Source: Carcharhinus amblyrhynchos (taxonomy: Eukaryota). From it: DNA of 64,000 nucleotides. Below the pieces are notes generated by a model that worked only from the letters and a program-made list of their open reading frames with translations, was not told where the DNA came from and ran no database searches. The DNA lies in the NCBI GenBank assembly GCA_965287045.1, contig OZ336884.1, positions 50,034,001-50,098,000 of the forward strand, read 5' to 3'. The first letter of the stretch is position 1. Each line of letters starts with the position of its first letter. Positions 26,346-39,535 of the stretch are shown here, piece by piece. The position numbers and the translations under genes were made by a program.

Positions 26346-27585
26346 ACAAAGAGTCTGATAACTTTTCAAGAATTTCAAAGTTCCAGTTGATATCTCAAAG
26401 AAAGACTCGTCAAGATTTGCTTACTGAAACAAATGACTGGAAACTAAACACAACCTTTGTGGGCTACGTATACTTTAAACTACAGAATGGAATACCTCCT
26501 CCTTGTTCCTACCTGAAACTGATTCTTAGCTCCCGAGGGTTTATTCCTGGTTTCTTTTTGCTTAGATTGGTAACTTGCAATCTTAGAAATGTCTTCCACA
26601 GTGAAGTTTTATTTTCCTGGAGCCTCTCCCTCTGGCCCAAGCTAAGCATCTCTTACAGCCTCATTTTAACTTGCCACAAATTGGCGAGTTAAAATGAGGC
26701 TGGAGTATGATTTTTCCAATTGTATTCCTACACAGCAAATCACAGAGACGTTTTTGGCCTCTCGCTGCTCCCCTGCTCCCAGATTCCAGGCAGGTTCAAA
26801 CACTGTGATATGCAGTGATTTACTAAGGAAGCCTGTACCCTGATGTTTCCAATGACTTCCTTGGCATCCTTCCACATGGCAACTTGAATCACATGGCTCT
26901 TGTACTAGGTAGGAATGTTAATTAGCTATCCTTGAGCACCAACTCTCTTTAATCTTGAAAATAAATGAACAGTTCAAAGCACAACTGTTTACAACCTGAA
27001 GTTTTCAAAACTTTTCTGGGATTTGGGAGTGTCACATATCTATCCATTGTTAGCATACAGGCTGCTGCCATTGTCTCCAAGTGAGAACGCTGTGCACCTT
27101 TGTCCCATTAAAACAGTGTAAGTCTTCCTTTAAGGTCTAACAATCAAGTCAGCCTATTTCATTTCTGAGCAGAAGTCAGAATAGGTCACATGATGCCCTT
27201 TATTTAAACTCGAAACATCAAGACGCAGTCCACAAACTTTATAACTGGAACCCATATTGCTCCATAGCCACTCCATTAAAACAAAAGACAGAATAATCCT
27301 CAATGATCATCTGGATTTGAGTAGAAGTCAAATTTTGACTTTTAACTTTGTGGGCTGACTTCAGGTAATTGATAAAAGGACATTTCAAACCAATCTTTTG
27401 TTACTGGATTCAGCAAACCCCAAAGTCAGTGAAGATGTTTTCAAAGGCTTACCCTATATTGGGATCCATCTGAAGAAAGGAGGAACAGTTGAGGCCTAAT
27501 CATCAATCTTCTATATGATTAAAAACATAGCGTGAGGCGCAGTTAGTCAGCACTCAAGCTGAATCTTCATATTCTATGATCCTAT

Positions 27586-27695
27586 GGCTGGAATTTTACC
27601 ATCCCGCTCTCCACAGGAATCGGAGCAGGTGGACCATGGAAAGATCCGTTGATCTTGGGTAGGATTTTATGGTTTCAGGACAAACGAGGCCATAA
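27586..27695. mobile_element. MITE copy in opposite orientation to 41544
   Basis: ggctggaattttaccatcccgc..cacaggaatcggagc..gttgatcttgggtaggatttt is the reverse complement of 41570-41663 motifs. Confidence 0.65.
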
Positions 27696-28062
27696 CATCT
27701 CTCCCATTGGCTCTATTTTCTGGTTCTATGAGGCAAGGGTTGACATCATTATATGTGGTACAAATATATTGTATTCTTGTAGTGAAGCTTCACGCACCAG
27801 TTCACCTATTTGTGGTACTCAATGCTATAATGCAATGGTGTAAACAACTATCAAACTGTAAATTATATAGTTACTTTCTTTGTGGTGTTGTTGGGAGCAA
27901 CTATTTTAATATAATAATCCTGATAGCTCAGTGAAATAGGTCCAGGACATCCAGCATTCCCAGTACTACAGGAATCAAATTAATGAAAGTTCTCTCCTGG
28001 TTACAGTTCCATCAGTAATGGTACATCGTGATATACTCAAGAGGAGGACTTGTGGCTCCCCT

Positions 28063-28329
28063 CGGTGGCACAGTAGTTAGCACTGCTGCCTCACAGGGTC
28101 CCAGGTTCAATTCCCAGCTTGGGTCACAGTCTGTGTGGTGCTTGCATGTTCTCCCCGTCTCTGTGTGGATTTCCTCTGGATTCTTTGGGTTCCTCCCACA
28201 TTCTGAAAGACGTACTAGTTAGGTGTATCGACCTGAACAGGTGCCAGTGTGTGGCGACTTGGGGAATTCCGCAGTAATTTCATTGCAGTGTTAATGTAAG
28301 CCTTACTTGTGACTAATAAATAAACTTTA
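28063..28329 (+). mobile_element. V-SINE, alternative-tail subfamily
   Basis: cggtggcacagtagttagcactgctgcctcacag head. Tail cagtaatttcattgcagtgttaatgtaagccttacttgtgactaataaataaac. Confidence 0.9.
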
Positions 28330-28334
28330 ACTCT

Positions 28335-29830
28335 TTCTTCTCTCCTTGTTTGAATGCAGCAGGTTTTGTGGATGGGTACATGCCAATGTCCATGAAAGGC
28401 ACAATCCTTCTGTTTCGAAAAAGAGGATAACTTTTATTGTACTTAACCCAGTCTAAGTAAAATAATAAAAAAATGCTTTGCCCCCAAGTACACATATACA
28501 AACAAATGGTTTACAGAGCTGGGAAGACAGATTAAGTACTTCAGAGTCCAGTAAAATTAAATGCTTATATGGCTTTGTGAATGTTGGTGACTCAGCAGGC
28601 TTCAGGTCGAGCTTAGTTGTCCAGCTGTTTTTGCTCTGTGGTCCTGTCACTTTCAATGTTGAGGCAGCTTAAAGCTGTAGGCGGACAATCTGTATGTTCC
28701 CCTGAAGACAGCGGTACTGGGTTGAGTTATTATTCAAAATCTCTGTCTGCAGCACCTGGATAGTCAAAATTAGCAGACTGTGTTTAAAGCTTGCAAGCTG
28801 GGTGGAAAGAGAGAGGGAAGGAACCCAATCAGGGGCCAAAAATTTGTGCCCCTGACTGCCGCAAGTGCAAATGGCAATGCAGGTGCAAAGTCTCACAAAA
28901 CTTGGAAAACAAGTATCTGGCTGGTAAGATCTTGTTTTCTAATTTTCCCCATCTTTCACCAGTGGGTAAGGAAAGGCAGGGACCTCATTTGCATAGATTT
29001 TTGCATATTTTAGTATAATTAGTGATTAATAATTTAATATAATTCCTGAGCTTCCCCATCATGTCATTTGCCCACATCAGGAAATCCCTCCTTGCAGTCC
29101 CGTCCTTTAAAAGGGGCATCCTGATCTCAGGATTCAGCTGTTTCAAACCCCACCCCACCAGTATGATGGCATGAGCCACACCTCTGACAAATTTTTTTCG
29201 AAGCATTTAAAAATATGGCAGGAAAAGCCAGCAGTGCAGTTGACAAGCTGCACACCGCTTTTCTCTATAAATAAAATAAAAGCGGATACTGGAATCTGAA
29301 GCAAAAACAGAAAATGTTGGAAAATTTCAGCAGATTTGACAAAGAGAGAATAAAGTCAACATTGAGTCAGGGTCATCCTGACTCGAAACATCAACACCAT
29401 TTTTCTCGTCTGAGCCAACACTTTAAAAAAACAATGTAAAATACTGCCCAGGGTCTTGCTCCTTAAGTGTTTCAGTTGCCTGTGATCAATTCTGTAGAGT
29501 AAACAGGTACTTAAAAGACATATGATCTTCTTTCCCCCAACTGCGCAGTGACCCAAATTTGGTTGTGCCAAGTGTGGTCCAGGTGTCTGAATCATGGCTG
29601 GTAATTGCTTTTTCAGCCTCTGTTCCATTGTCCAAATTATTATGCCAAATGGTTTGTCTCCACCCAGTTGAGTACCAGGATGATTGTTTGGATGTTTTGC
29701 TAATGGGAAAGATAACAGCTTCCATTCATCCCTTCCAAGGGAGTTGTTCCTTATGTGACTGATTTAATGTATGTCATTGATCAACTTGGCCAAAGTATGA
29801 CTTGTAATGGACTTTCGGGGTGAGCATTTA
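28335..29830 (-). mobile_element. Old LINE RT remnant, paralogous to 49440-50420 and interrupted at ~28825-29430
   Basis: Shares blocks with 49515-49990, e.g. ttattgtact..cccagtctaagtaaaata and aaaatctctgt..gcagcacc. Minus translation has FTKAY-like and WK.AVI.PI.K-like RT motifs. Confidence 0.5.
29268..29410. mobile_element. Penelope-derived short element fragment
   Basis: gcggatactggaatctgaagcaaaaacagaaaatgttggaaaatttcagcag ... gggtcatcctgactcgaaacatcaac. Confidence 0.6.
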
Positions 29831-31500
29831 AATTTTTGAGGCAAATGTTTTGAAGTTGTTTGGACATTTCTTTCATTGTTTTCTTTTCTGTTGGTGTTAG
29901 TCTTTCATTGCCCTGATTTTTGCCAACCCCACTAATTCTTATCTTACTTTTTGTTGCCTCATCTCCTTTTTTTGGTTATTGGCACATTTTGAAGAGGAAG
30001 AATTAAGGAGAACTGCTTCGGTGGTGCTTTGTGCCCTCTCGGCAGCATTGACACACCCATATCTGCAGGGAGAGATGGAACGGCCTCAATTTGGCAGCAG
30101 TAGTGCTGGTAGAGTCTCCTGTTCCCAAAATAAGCTGTGCCATCAGACCCAGGCTCGCTGCACTACAGTATTTAGATGCCGAGCCAAGTCCTTCAGAAGC
30201 AGCCAATCACAATATGTCGTACTTGTCATGTCATGTTTGAATCTGGATAGCTGTTCCATTGCTTAAGCTGTACATGGTTTGCTATTATCAGTTGTGAGAT
30301 AGCAATTCATTTTCAACTGCCCAATTATAATTCCAATTCATAATTTAGATTGCAAGGGAAAAGAAGATGGAGAACAAACTGAGCGACTGAAGGTAATTAC
30401 GAGACTGAGTAATCATACCTGTTGGAGAAATTCACAGTAGGTGAGAGAAATTTCAAATAATCAGGGCTCTAAATCACTAACAAAATACTAGCAATAAGTG
30501 AAATGATCTCACATCAGGTTCACAGTCTAACAGGGGAACTGTCTACATGAAAACAATGTGAACACAGTAAGAAATTTAAGTAAGTATTAGATTTGAACAA
30601 GTATTTCTGATTTTAAACAAGTACTTGAAAATGTTTTAGCCGTCTTTTTAAAGTAATTGTACACTTATCCAAAGGCAGGCTGCTGCGAAGGATGATGGGA
30701 TAAAACCATAGCAGACAGAACCACGTTCTTTGAAACAATGAAACTATAGAATGTGCATAGTGTTATCAAAAAAAAGTTACGAACTGTTTGGTTCCCAAAA
30801 CCACTTTGTGAATAGGGTTGTTCAAGCGTCCTGGTAAGACAGGCCTTCTCAGATGTGAGAATGTACAACTGGTTCGGCCATTGGTGTAAGCAAGAGTTGG
30901 TGGGAACAGTAACTTTTACCTTTGTAGCTAAGTGTCAAGGGTTGCTACGCAATAGAGGAAGAAGCATTAGCAATAGGGGGAGGACATATCTGGATTCTAC
31001 GGATCAATAAAATCCCATGATGTCAGAGCGTAGAATGCAATTGGCTGTGATATATGACAATTGTTAACAGTGATTGATTTGTATTAATAATTATTTGTTC
31101 ATAATTACTGGAACGGCAGGAGAAACAAACGTTCTTAGGCATTTTTGCAAACAAAAAATATAATTATGTAACTATCATTTTTAAGTGACTGTCACCTTGT
31201 ATCATTGTGGAATTCGTGGGGTAATTTTATTTCACCCTTTGTTCTTAAACAGTTTTATTGTTGTCCTGAAGGACTTTAGTGACCATTACACTCTAGGATG
31301 TGCATCCCTGATTCTTTAAAACTGACAGATTAACAAATTTTAACAGCAAGAATGATGAACAAGCTCAGAAACTGATTTTTAGGAAATGACCCAACAGCAC
31401 TTTATATGCCAACTTTAATCCTGAAGAATGGCTCAAGTCACTTTGGCAGAGGTATATTCCTAAAACAAAGTACAACATGATTTAGATTTGGGTATAGTTT

Positions 31501-31817
31501 TAGAATCATAGAATCCTACTGTGCAGAAGGAGCGCATTCGGACCATCGAGTTTGCACCGACAGCAATCCCACCCAGGCTCTATCTCCAGAACCCCATGCA
31601 TTTACCCGAGCTAGTATCCCTGACGTTAAGGGACAACTTAGCATGGCCAATCTACCTAACCTGCATATCTTTGGACTGTGGGAGGAAACTAGAACACCAG
31701 GAGGAAACCCACACAGACACGAGGAGAATGTGCAAACTCCACACAGTGACCCAAGCCGGGAATCAAACCCAGGTCCCTGGCAGTGTAAGGCAGCAGTGCT
31801 AACCGCTGTGCTGTCCC
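31501..31817 (-). mobile_element. HE1-like V-SINE, well preserved
   Basis: Complete head, V core and tagaatcatagaatcc tail. Confidence 0.93.
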
Positions 31818-32775
31818 AAATGACAAAATGAGTCAAATGGTCAGTTGTGGAAGTATCCAATTTGAATCGGAATGTAACTTTAAATGCACATGGTAAGACA
31901 GATGTAAAAAAATGGGCATTTTATGTTCTGCACATGTAAATTTAGAAAAAAATCATTAGCTTGAAAATCTCTGAAGCTGCTTTGTGGATTCAGTGCAATT
32001 ATACAATATAGTGCTAAAGTTTCCATCTAGATGTGGATCTAATTACACAATAAACTGATAATCTTTCATTGTTCCTTAAAAGTAAGTGGCAGGTGATGAA
32101 ATATCCTCTCTGCAGTCATATAAGCAACTGAAATGAATAGTGGATGTTCAAAAATGCTGTGCTGTTTTACGTAAACGCATCTGCCATTTATGTATCTTGT
32201 CAAGGATGTGTTAAAGTTATTTTGTTAAGTTTAATGACATACATTATGCAATATAATTGCTCCCCCATGATAGAATTCAAATCAATTAACATTAAATTCA
32301 TGTAATCTTATTATCCAAAAGGCAAATTTACACAGGAAATCATGTTGTTGTAACATAATGCCATGTCTTCATATTGTACTCTTGTTTAATACCCATGTAT
32401 TTAAGCAGAGTGTGAGAAATAGTATCACAAGGGCAGCTATAAATACCTAATTATTGCATGCTTAATTTACATGAGCCCTAAATGGAACAAATTAAATGTA
32501 GAACTCACAGCCCTGCAATGGGTATCTATGAGCAGCAGCAATACTATGCACCACTATGAGCTGAAACATCCCTCATTCCCTGATCACCATTGAGTCAGAA
32601 GACCAACCTTCGTTCAAAGCACAGTCTGGAAGCATGTGTAAGGAACAGTGCACACCATAATTTAGATTGAGATATGAAGCCAGTAAAGCTACCTGCCACT
32701 GAGCTAAGACCTCTCAAAATTTTTAATGAAATATATACATCAACATGGCTATTTCCTAAAATTTTCGCTGAAGCT

Positions 32776-32943
32776 ATAGGATCATAGAAAAACTCTACAT
32801 GCAGAAGAAATCCAGTTGGCCCATTGAGCCTGCACTAACAATCCCACCCAGGCCTATCCCCATAACCCCATATATTTACCTTGCTGATCCTCTTGACACT
32901 AGGGGGCAATTTAGCATGGCCAATTAACCTAACCCACACATCT
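32776..32943 (-). mobile_element. HE1-like V-SINE 3' half
   Basis: caatcccacccaggccta..ggggcaatttagcatggccaat..cctaacc. Confidence 0.8.
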
Positions 32944-33084
32944 CAAGGGGAAACCTATTCATGCCTGTACCATCGTGGAAGTCGTGTCTACTGGAAAAGT
33001 GAATTATCCAGCATCAGTCTTTAACCTGTCAACCTCTGTGAAAGAATGCAGCACCCGACTTTGAAGGTGGCCTTTCTGACCCCG

Positions 33085-33290
33085 ATGCATATTTTCCAGC
33101 AGGAGGTGTGGCCTGCCATTGGCCAGCAGTGGGATCTTGCAGTCTCACTGATGCCTATGGCATTTTGCATGACCCATCCTTCTCACTGCCAGGAAACCCA
33201 CCATGGGGATTGGGGGGGTGGGGTGGGGGCAGGGTGGGGGGGCAGCAGGGCTATCAACTGGAAGATCCCACTGGTGGGAAAGGCCTTCAA
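33085..33290. mobile_element. GC-rich MITE-like element, related to 38925-39110 and 56320-56500
   Basis: cagcagtgggatctt ... aagatcccactggtg internal inverted repeat. tgggattttccagtcccact-like motif shared with 38978-39000. Confidence 0.5.
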
Positions 33291-33649
33291 ATTTCATCCT
33301 GATTCTAGCCTCTTTATTCTGTGGTCTTTATCCTGTAAATCTTTATTTCTTTATTCCCTTCCTTTTACTATACGAGTAAAAAAGGTCACGTTATGTTCCT
33401 CCTCTTGTTTGAGGGCGTGCAAATAAACTGCTCCTCTGAGTTTACCTATTTGCTGAAGGGCTACTAATAAAAGTTGGATCACACCAAAACTGAAATTTTG
33501 GGAAGTGTGCCACTGCCAAAAAGGGAAATAAAAAAAAATCAAAACATCTTTCTGTTTACAAAGAGGAGAAATCGGTGTTGAAATTAAAACCCCTCCTGCC
33601 TGTAACACACAACACAAGGCTATGTTAAAAACCAAAAGCAGTAAGCTGT

Positions 33650-35340
33650 AGACAAAGCTCAGTATTATTAGATCTAAAGAATTACATCCAGCTGAGAATA
33701 ATAATGCTTAATCAGGCAATTAACAGGTAGGAGAGGCTCCACAAATACCCCAGTTCTTAAATGATAGCAAGAGGCAATGCTGAACTGTTCCCAAGCAGCC
33801 CGTTGCCCATAGTGTCGAGGGGATAATCCAATTTGAATTCCCCACAATCATGCCAAATGAGTGTCATGTAACAATAAGAAGCAATTTAATACATCAGTTG
33901 CATAATAGGCTATGGACAGTTACAGCATCACAGTTGCAGTGCATTTTGTGCACCAAAGCTAATCACTCCCCAAATATGACAGTGACATCTACTTAACAAT
34001 ATGAAAGATTGCCCAGATATGATGTTTCCATAAATACAAATCAGGCTAGTTACTTCTCTATCATCATCCCCACAATTATGAGCAAAATAATGAAGGAAGT
34101 CATCAATAATACCACTCGCTAATATATTCAGCAATATTCACTTGGGTTATTGTTAGAACCTTTTGCCTGTGGTGCTCATCACAGCTTTAATCAAAACCTT
34201 GGTGTGGGAAATGAAGGCTAGAGGAGAAGTGAGAGTAGCTGCCTTGACAGGAAGGTAGGATTTAAGTTGACATTAAAACAATTCATGCCAGCCAAGCACA
34301 ACAGGATCTGGCTAAGATCCAAAGTTAGGTCAGCAAGTGACTGGTTATGTCACTGAAGTGGCAAGTAATGATTGTCCTGAATGTGAGAAAGCCTAGCACC
34401 CTCACTTTGACTGTCACTGGCACTCTTATTGCTAAAATTGCCATCCTTAACACACCAGAGATCATTAACTAGAAGACAAAGCAAATCAGCCATATTAACA
34501 TCAAGATTACCAAAGAAAGAAAGAGGCTGGATAATCTTTGATGAAAAGCATAGTGATTAGCAATGCTGCTTCACAGCTCCAGGGACCTGGATTTGATTCC
34601 CGGCTTGGGTCACTGTCTGTATGGAGTTTGCATATTCTTCCTGTGTCTGCATGCGTTTTCTCCGGGTTCTCTGTTTCCTCCCACAGTCCAGAGATGTGCG
34701 GATAAGGTGCACTGGCTATGCTAAATTACCCCTTAGGGTCCTGGGATGCGTAGGGTAGAGGGAATAGGGCAGGGTGGGATTGTTGTAGGTACAGACTCGA
34801 TGGGCCGAATGGCATCCTTCTGCACTGTGGGATTTCTATGATTTCCTGAGCTTCCAAGTCCCATCACTATTTCTGAGACTCAAGTCACCAGTGAGATAGA
34901 ATATTTGCCACTCGATTTGACGGGCACAGCTACACCAATCCTCAAGAAACTTATCATTCAGGACAGGGCATTTGCTTGAATAGGCCTGACCATTGTGCTT
35001 AATATCCACCATTAGTAATAATAGGAGACACTGCAGCAACTTGGCAAGGTTACTCCAAAAAAAGCATTTCTCACTTAACCCTGCTATCACCCAGAGCAGC
35101 AATGTTTGAGAAAAGCATTACCTTCATTATCAATCCAATTCATATACCATTCTGACTTGAACATACTGTTCCTTCAGTATCACTGAGTTAGAGTCCTGGA
35201 ATTCTCTATATCACACCATTATGGGAACATCTTCACAATAAACAGCTATGGAAAATCAAGAAGAACATCCACCATTACCACTATATTCTCAGGACAATAC
35301 ATATTGCCTAACCAGCATCATCCATGTCCCAAGAACTAAT
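33650..35340 (+). mobile_element. Degenerate CR1/L2-group LINE (ORF2 and 3' end) carrying a V-SINE insertion
   Basis: gaagtgagagtagctgccttgacagg (VxALD region) and 3' end gcctaaccagcatcatccatgtcccaagaac, parallel to 50620-51688. Confidence 0.65.
34548..34842 (+). mobile_element. HE1-like V-SINE with CR1-type tail
   Basis: Head, V core and gactcgatgggccgaatggcatccttctgcactgtgggatttctatg. Confidence 0.9.
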
Positions 35341-37188
35341 ACTAGTCTACATGCATTCTAATTAATTTATCATCTTGTATTCAATTGGGAATGATGATGG
35401 CTGTGTATCTTCTTTCTCTAACAATTAAGTGACTCAAATGACTTTGGAGCAAACATTAGGGAGGTCATTGAAGATTCTGGAGATGGGAAAGCAGTTTAAT
35501 TTGTTCAGTAACCAAATGCACAGTCCTGCTTTGAGGGATTCGTGTCCATATTTTACATTCTTATACCTCAGTTTATAACTAATATGAAAAGGTTTGTATA
35601 ATTAAGCTGCAAGAAACAGGGAAAATGTTAACATTGCATTAAAATACAATTAGCGTTATTACTGAAGAGTGAAACTGACAAAGATAAATATTTCCTAAAA
35701 AATGGAGAAAGGGAAGTCACGCTTGTACAGGCCTAATGACTAAACAGAAAATGATACTTTTTAGAAAGTGTCACTTCCATAGCTTCATTTTTTTTGCATC
35801 TCTTCGTGATGCACAATTTATTTTTATTGGCTATTTTTTCACTTTAAGATATCCAAATCTAAAAGCATGTAAACTCGCTAAATGTGCATTTTAAGTCCCT
35901 GAACACTCTTGGAACTTTGATTGCATTGTCAGCTGGATATTCTAACTAATTAATAATGAATAACTTTTAATACAGAACTGGGGAATATAGAACAGACAGA
36001 TCAATATGACGGATGACTCTGCAAATTGAGTCATTCAATTGGACTACTATCTCATGTCCCCAGTGCATGGCAGTTAGAGTTCATTATTGCTGTTTGATCA
36101 CAGTCCCATATGTTTTCTGGGGTCTTGCTCGTTTCCAGAAATCAGTAGTGGATAGCTCTCCATTGCTACTGCAGAACTAATTGATTGATATCACATCATC
36201 GTTGTGTTTTGCAATTGAACATGACTGTCCTCCATCAAGTTACAATTGCATCCAATCAGACCATTGTATTGTTATGTACCATAATAAGTGGAAGTCCAGA
36301 TGAATTTAGGTCTTAAAGTATAATCACTGCATGTCACTGAGGTACCCTGTACAGCATTTGAAAACAGTCAAACATCATATGTAATTAAGAGAATCAAATT
36401 GTGCAGAACTCAATAAAGCTGTTTCAGAATCCTGCACTGAATGCAAAACTATATCTGTTATACATTAATAGATTCCAGTGCACTTTATATTAAATAACAG
36501 TGATTTGATTTATTTTGTTGTCAGCACAATGATTCAATATCAAATGATTTGCTTACTACAGCCACAGCAATTAAGAAATCTTTATGCTTGTGCTAATCTT
36601 GCTAATGTAACTGTAATTAAAATCCTACTTCCCTGAATTACTTAGAAATTTTGTTTATTCTGCCGCATCAAAGTGTCATTAGAATGTATCCTAAGTGTGC
36701 TTGTATTTAAAATATTTAATTTCAAATACTTGAGATCAAGCACACAATCAAATATATTTAATCTGTCTGAAGCTGTCTTTTGAGATATGTTTTCAGGACC
36801 TGAAGATTTTAGTCTCTATAGGAATTCGAGGATGAATAGATTATGCAAATTAAGGATACTTGAGGTGAAGCAGTATAAAAGTGGACTGAAATCATAATCA
36901 TCAGACATCTTCCTGTAATGGTTTTAAGCTACCTTTTAGCTTTGGAATAGTTGGAACATATTCATACTGTTCAATCTATTACATTCACTGATGATTCCTC
37001 ATTGACTTTCCATCCTATGAAAGTGCATCTTGATGATCATGTGGAATTTTAATAGTGTCAAGCTACTATTCTGTATAAAGTAGTATTGGGAATCATGTAA
37101 TAGATAGGAGGGTCGGGATGTCTCTGCATTTTGCCTAAAACATATGACAGATCTCCCCATCACTCTGCTCTCAGTCTTTACATCAGAT

Positions 37189-38538
37189 TACATAGAATAT
37201 ATGGTGCAGGAACAGGCCAATTCAGTCCAACCAGTACATGTTGATGCTTGCTTTAGTCTTCTCCTAAATTTCCTCAACTAAATCTATCATCACAGTCCTC
37301 TATTGTTTGTTCTCTCATATGCTTGGAGGGTCCTCTAATGCATCTATACTGTTTACTTCAACCACTCCCTGTGGCAGCAATGATCTCACCATTTTTTGAC
37401 CAGAAAAATTTCTTCTGAGTGTCCCCTGGGATTTCTTGGGAACTATCTTGTATTGATTGAGTTTAGTTACTCTCTTGCCTGCAAAAAGAAATATTCTTTC
37501 TATGTCCACTCTACCACAACATTTCATAATTTAAAAGTCCTCTATTGGGTCACCCCACAGCCTTTTTTTGCAAGAGAAACAAGGCCCAGCATGTAGGTAT
37601 TTTCCTGATATGTGTGCCCACAAGTGTATAGTATTAGTTTTGTAAGTTTTCTCTGCACCCTCTCCAGGATCTCCATATCATTATTATAATAAGATGACCA
37701 GAATCCCACACAGTACTCTAAATGTAGTCCAACCAAGTTTAGATGGTTAAACATAATTGCCTACTTTTCAATTCTATCCCTCCAAAAATAAAACTAAGTA
37801 CTTGATTTGCTTATTCATGAACTTACTAATCTGGTGCAAGATTTAGTGGGCACAGTAAGAAGTCTCACTCAGTAAGAAGTGGCTACCCACCTGATAAAGG
37901 AGCAGTGCTCCGAAAGCTCGTGATTCCAAATAAACCTGTTGGTCTTTAACCTGCTTTTGTGAGGCTTCTTACTGTGCCCACCCTACTCCAACACCAGCTT
38001 CTCCACATCAAGTTATAGTGACTTGTGCTCCGAGATCCATTTGTTCCATTACCCCACCTAAACTCTCACCTTCCAAGTAGTAATTGATCTCCTATTCTTC
38101 CTTCCAAAATGTCAATATCTCATATTTTTCTGTGTTGAACTTCATTTGTTAATTTGTCCAATCTGGACATTTATTAATGTCTGCCTGTAATTTGTTACTT
38201 CCTCCTCAGTACTAATTTCCATTATAACCCCCCTCCCACTCGCATCTGCTGCTAGCTGTCCACACATTTAGAAATTATGTTTTTGATTCCAAAGTCCAAA
38301 TCATGAAAGTCAGCTCTGAACAGCAATGGTCCCAGCACTGATCCATGTGAAACATCTGTTCTCGCACTCTGTTACTCTGAACAGGTACCTTTTACTCCCA
38401 CTCACTGATTTGTACCATGAAGCCAGCTCCATTTTTTAACTTGTTCCCTGCCTCCATATTCTCTGCTCTTACTCATACATCTATTTTGGGCACCTTATCG
38501 AAGGCTTTTTGAAAAATCCTGATAAATTACATCCACCA
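37189..38538 (-). mobile_element. CR1 LINE RT-to-3' fragment, internally deleted, with a Penelope-derived insertion
   Basis: ORF 37542-37754(-) gives LHLEYCVGFWSSYY..LERVQRK. The reverse complement of 38490-38536 gives VDVIY..FQKAFDKVP. Confidence 0.88.
37846..38010 (+). mobile_element. Penelope-like element remnant with inverted termini and minimal hammerhead motif
   Basis: 37846-37868 and 37959-37981 form an inverted repeat (22/23 match). cac-CTGATAA-a-ggagc-agt-gctcc-GAAA-gctc-gtg at 37888-37922. Confidence 0.8.
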
Positions 38539-38639
38539 TCGGGACTCAGGATATGTCACTTTCAAGATTGCAGATATACTGTGATCAAGTGTAGTCATGA
38601 TTCCATTGTCTTTAGTTCCCTCCACAAGATCCATTCCAG

Positions 38640-39535
38640 TTTCTTCACAACTGCTTGAGGCTGAAACAGAATGCTCACAACCTTGGTGTCATATTTGATT
38701 CCCAGGATGAGCTTCTGACCACAAACCCGCCTCAGAGAGTTTATTTGTAATTTATTTGAATGTATCACCTGGCTTCATTGTATCTCAACCCATCTGCTGA
38801 AACATTCATCCATGTGTTTGTTACCTGTAATTCTAACAATTTCAACAGACCTTTCCCAACTTCAATTTTGCAGAAACTTGGTTATTTATCGTCTGTTTTC
38901 TGTCCCCTCCGCCATCCTGCACCACCTCCCCCTTCCCCCTGCCCCAGCAGCACATGTGGTGAATTACTGGCTGCTGATGGGATTTTCCAGTCCCACTAAG
39001 GCCTGTGGGCTTTTGCATGGTTCGCCTGCCCAGCCTCCAGGGAAACTGCTGTGGGCGGGGCAGGGGGGAGGATTGATTTTGGTGGGACCGTTGGATCCAG
39101 AAATTCCCACTCCATGTCCTATTCAGTCATCACCCCTGTGCTTACTAACATTTGTTGGCCTGCTATTAAGTAACACCATTCTCTTTTCTGTTTTCAAATC
39201 CTTCTGTGGCCCTCCCCCTCTCTCTGACCTTCCTCAGTGCCTCAACTCTTCGAGATATTGTGTTTATTTAATTCTAGCTTCTTGAACATTTCTTAATTTT
39301 TCCATGATTTGTGGCCATGCCTCCAGGTACCAAGACCCAAAGCTACGCAATTCCATCCCTCACCCTCTCGCACTCACTCTGCATCTTTTTGATTTAAGAG
39401 GTTCTATAGCACCTACCTTGTAAACCAGGCTTTCGCCCATTTACCCAGTTATCTCCTTATGTGGCACTGTGTCAGATTTGCTGTTGAATATTTTGTGATT
39501 TTTATTTTGTTATTGGTGTAAATTTAAGTTGTGTA
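38640..39535 (+). mobile_element. L2 LINE 3' fragment with a MITE inside (~38925-39110)
   Basis: Translates to LNPSAETFIHVFVT, matching L2 SAETLIHAFVTS. acaaccttggtgtcatatttga corresponds to NLGVIFD. Confidence 0.8.

Noticed and set aside
26240-26692. 150-aa ORF on +
   Set aside because: Non-ATG start, overlaps SINE and repeat-like sequence, no domain signal.
38812-39285. 157-aa ORF on +
   Set aside because: It spans an L2 fragment and an inserted MITE.
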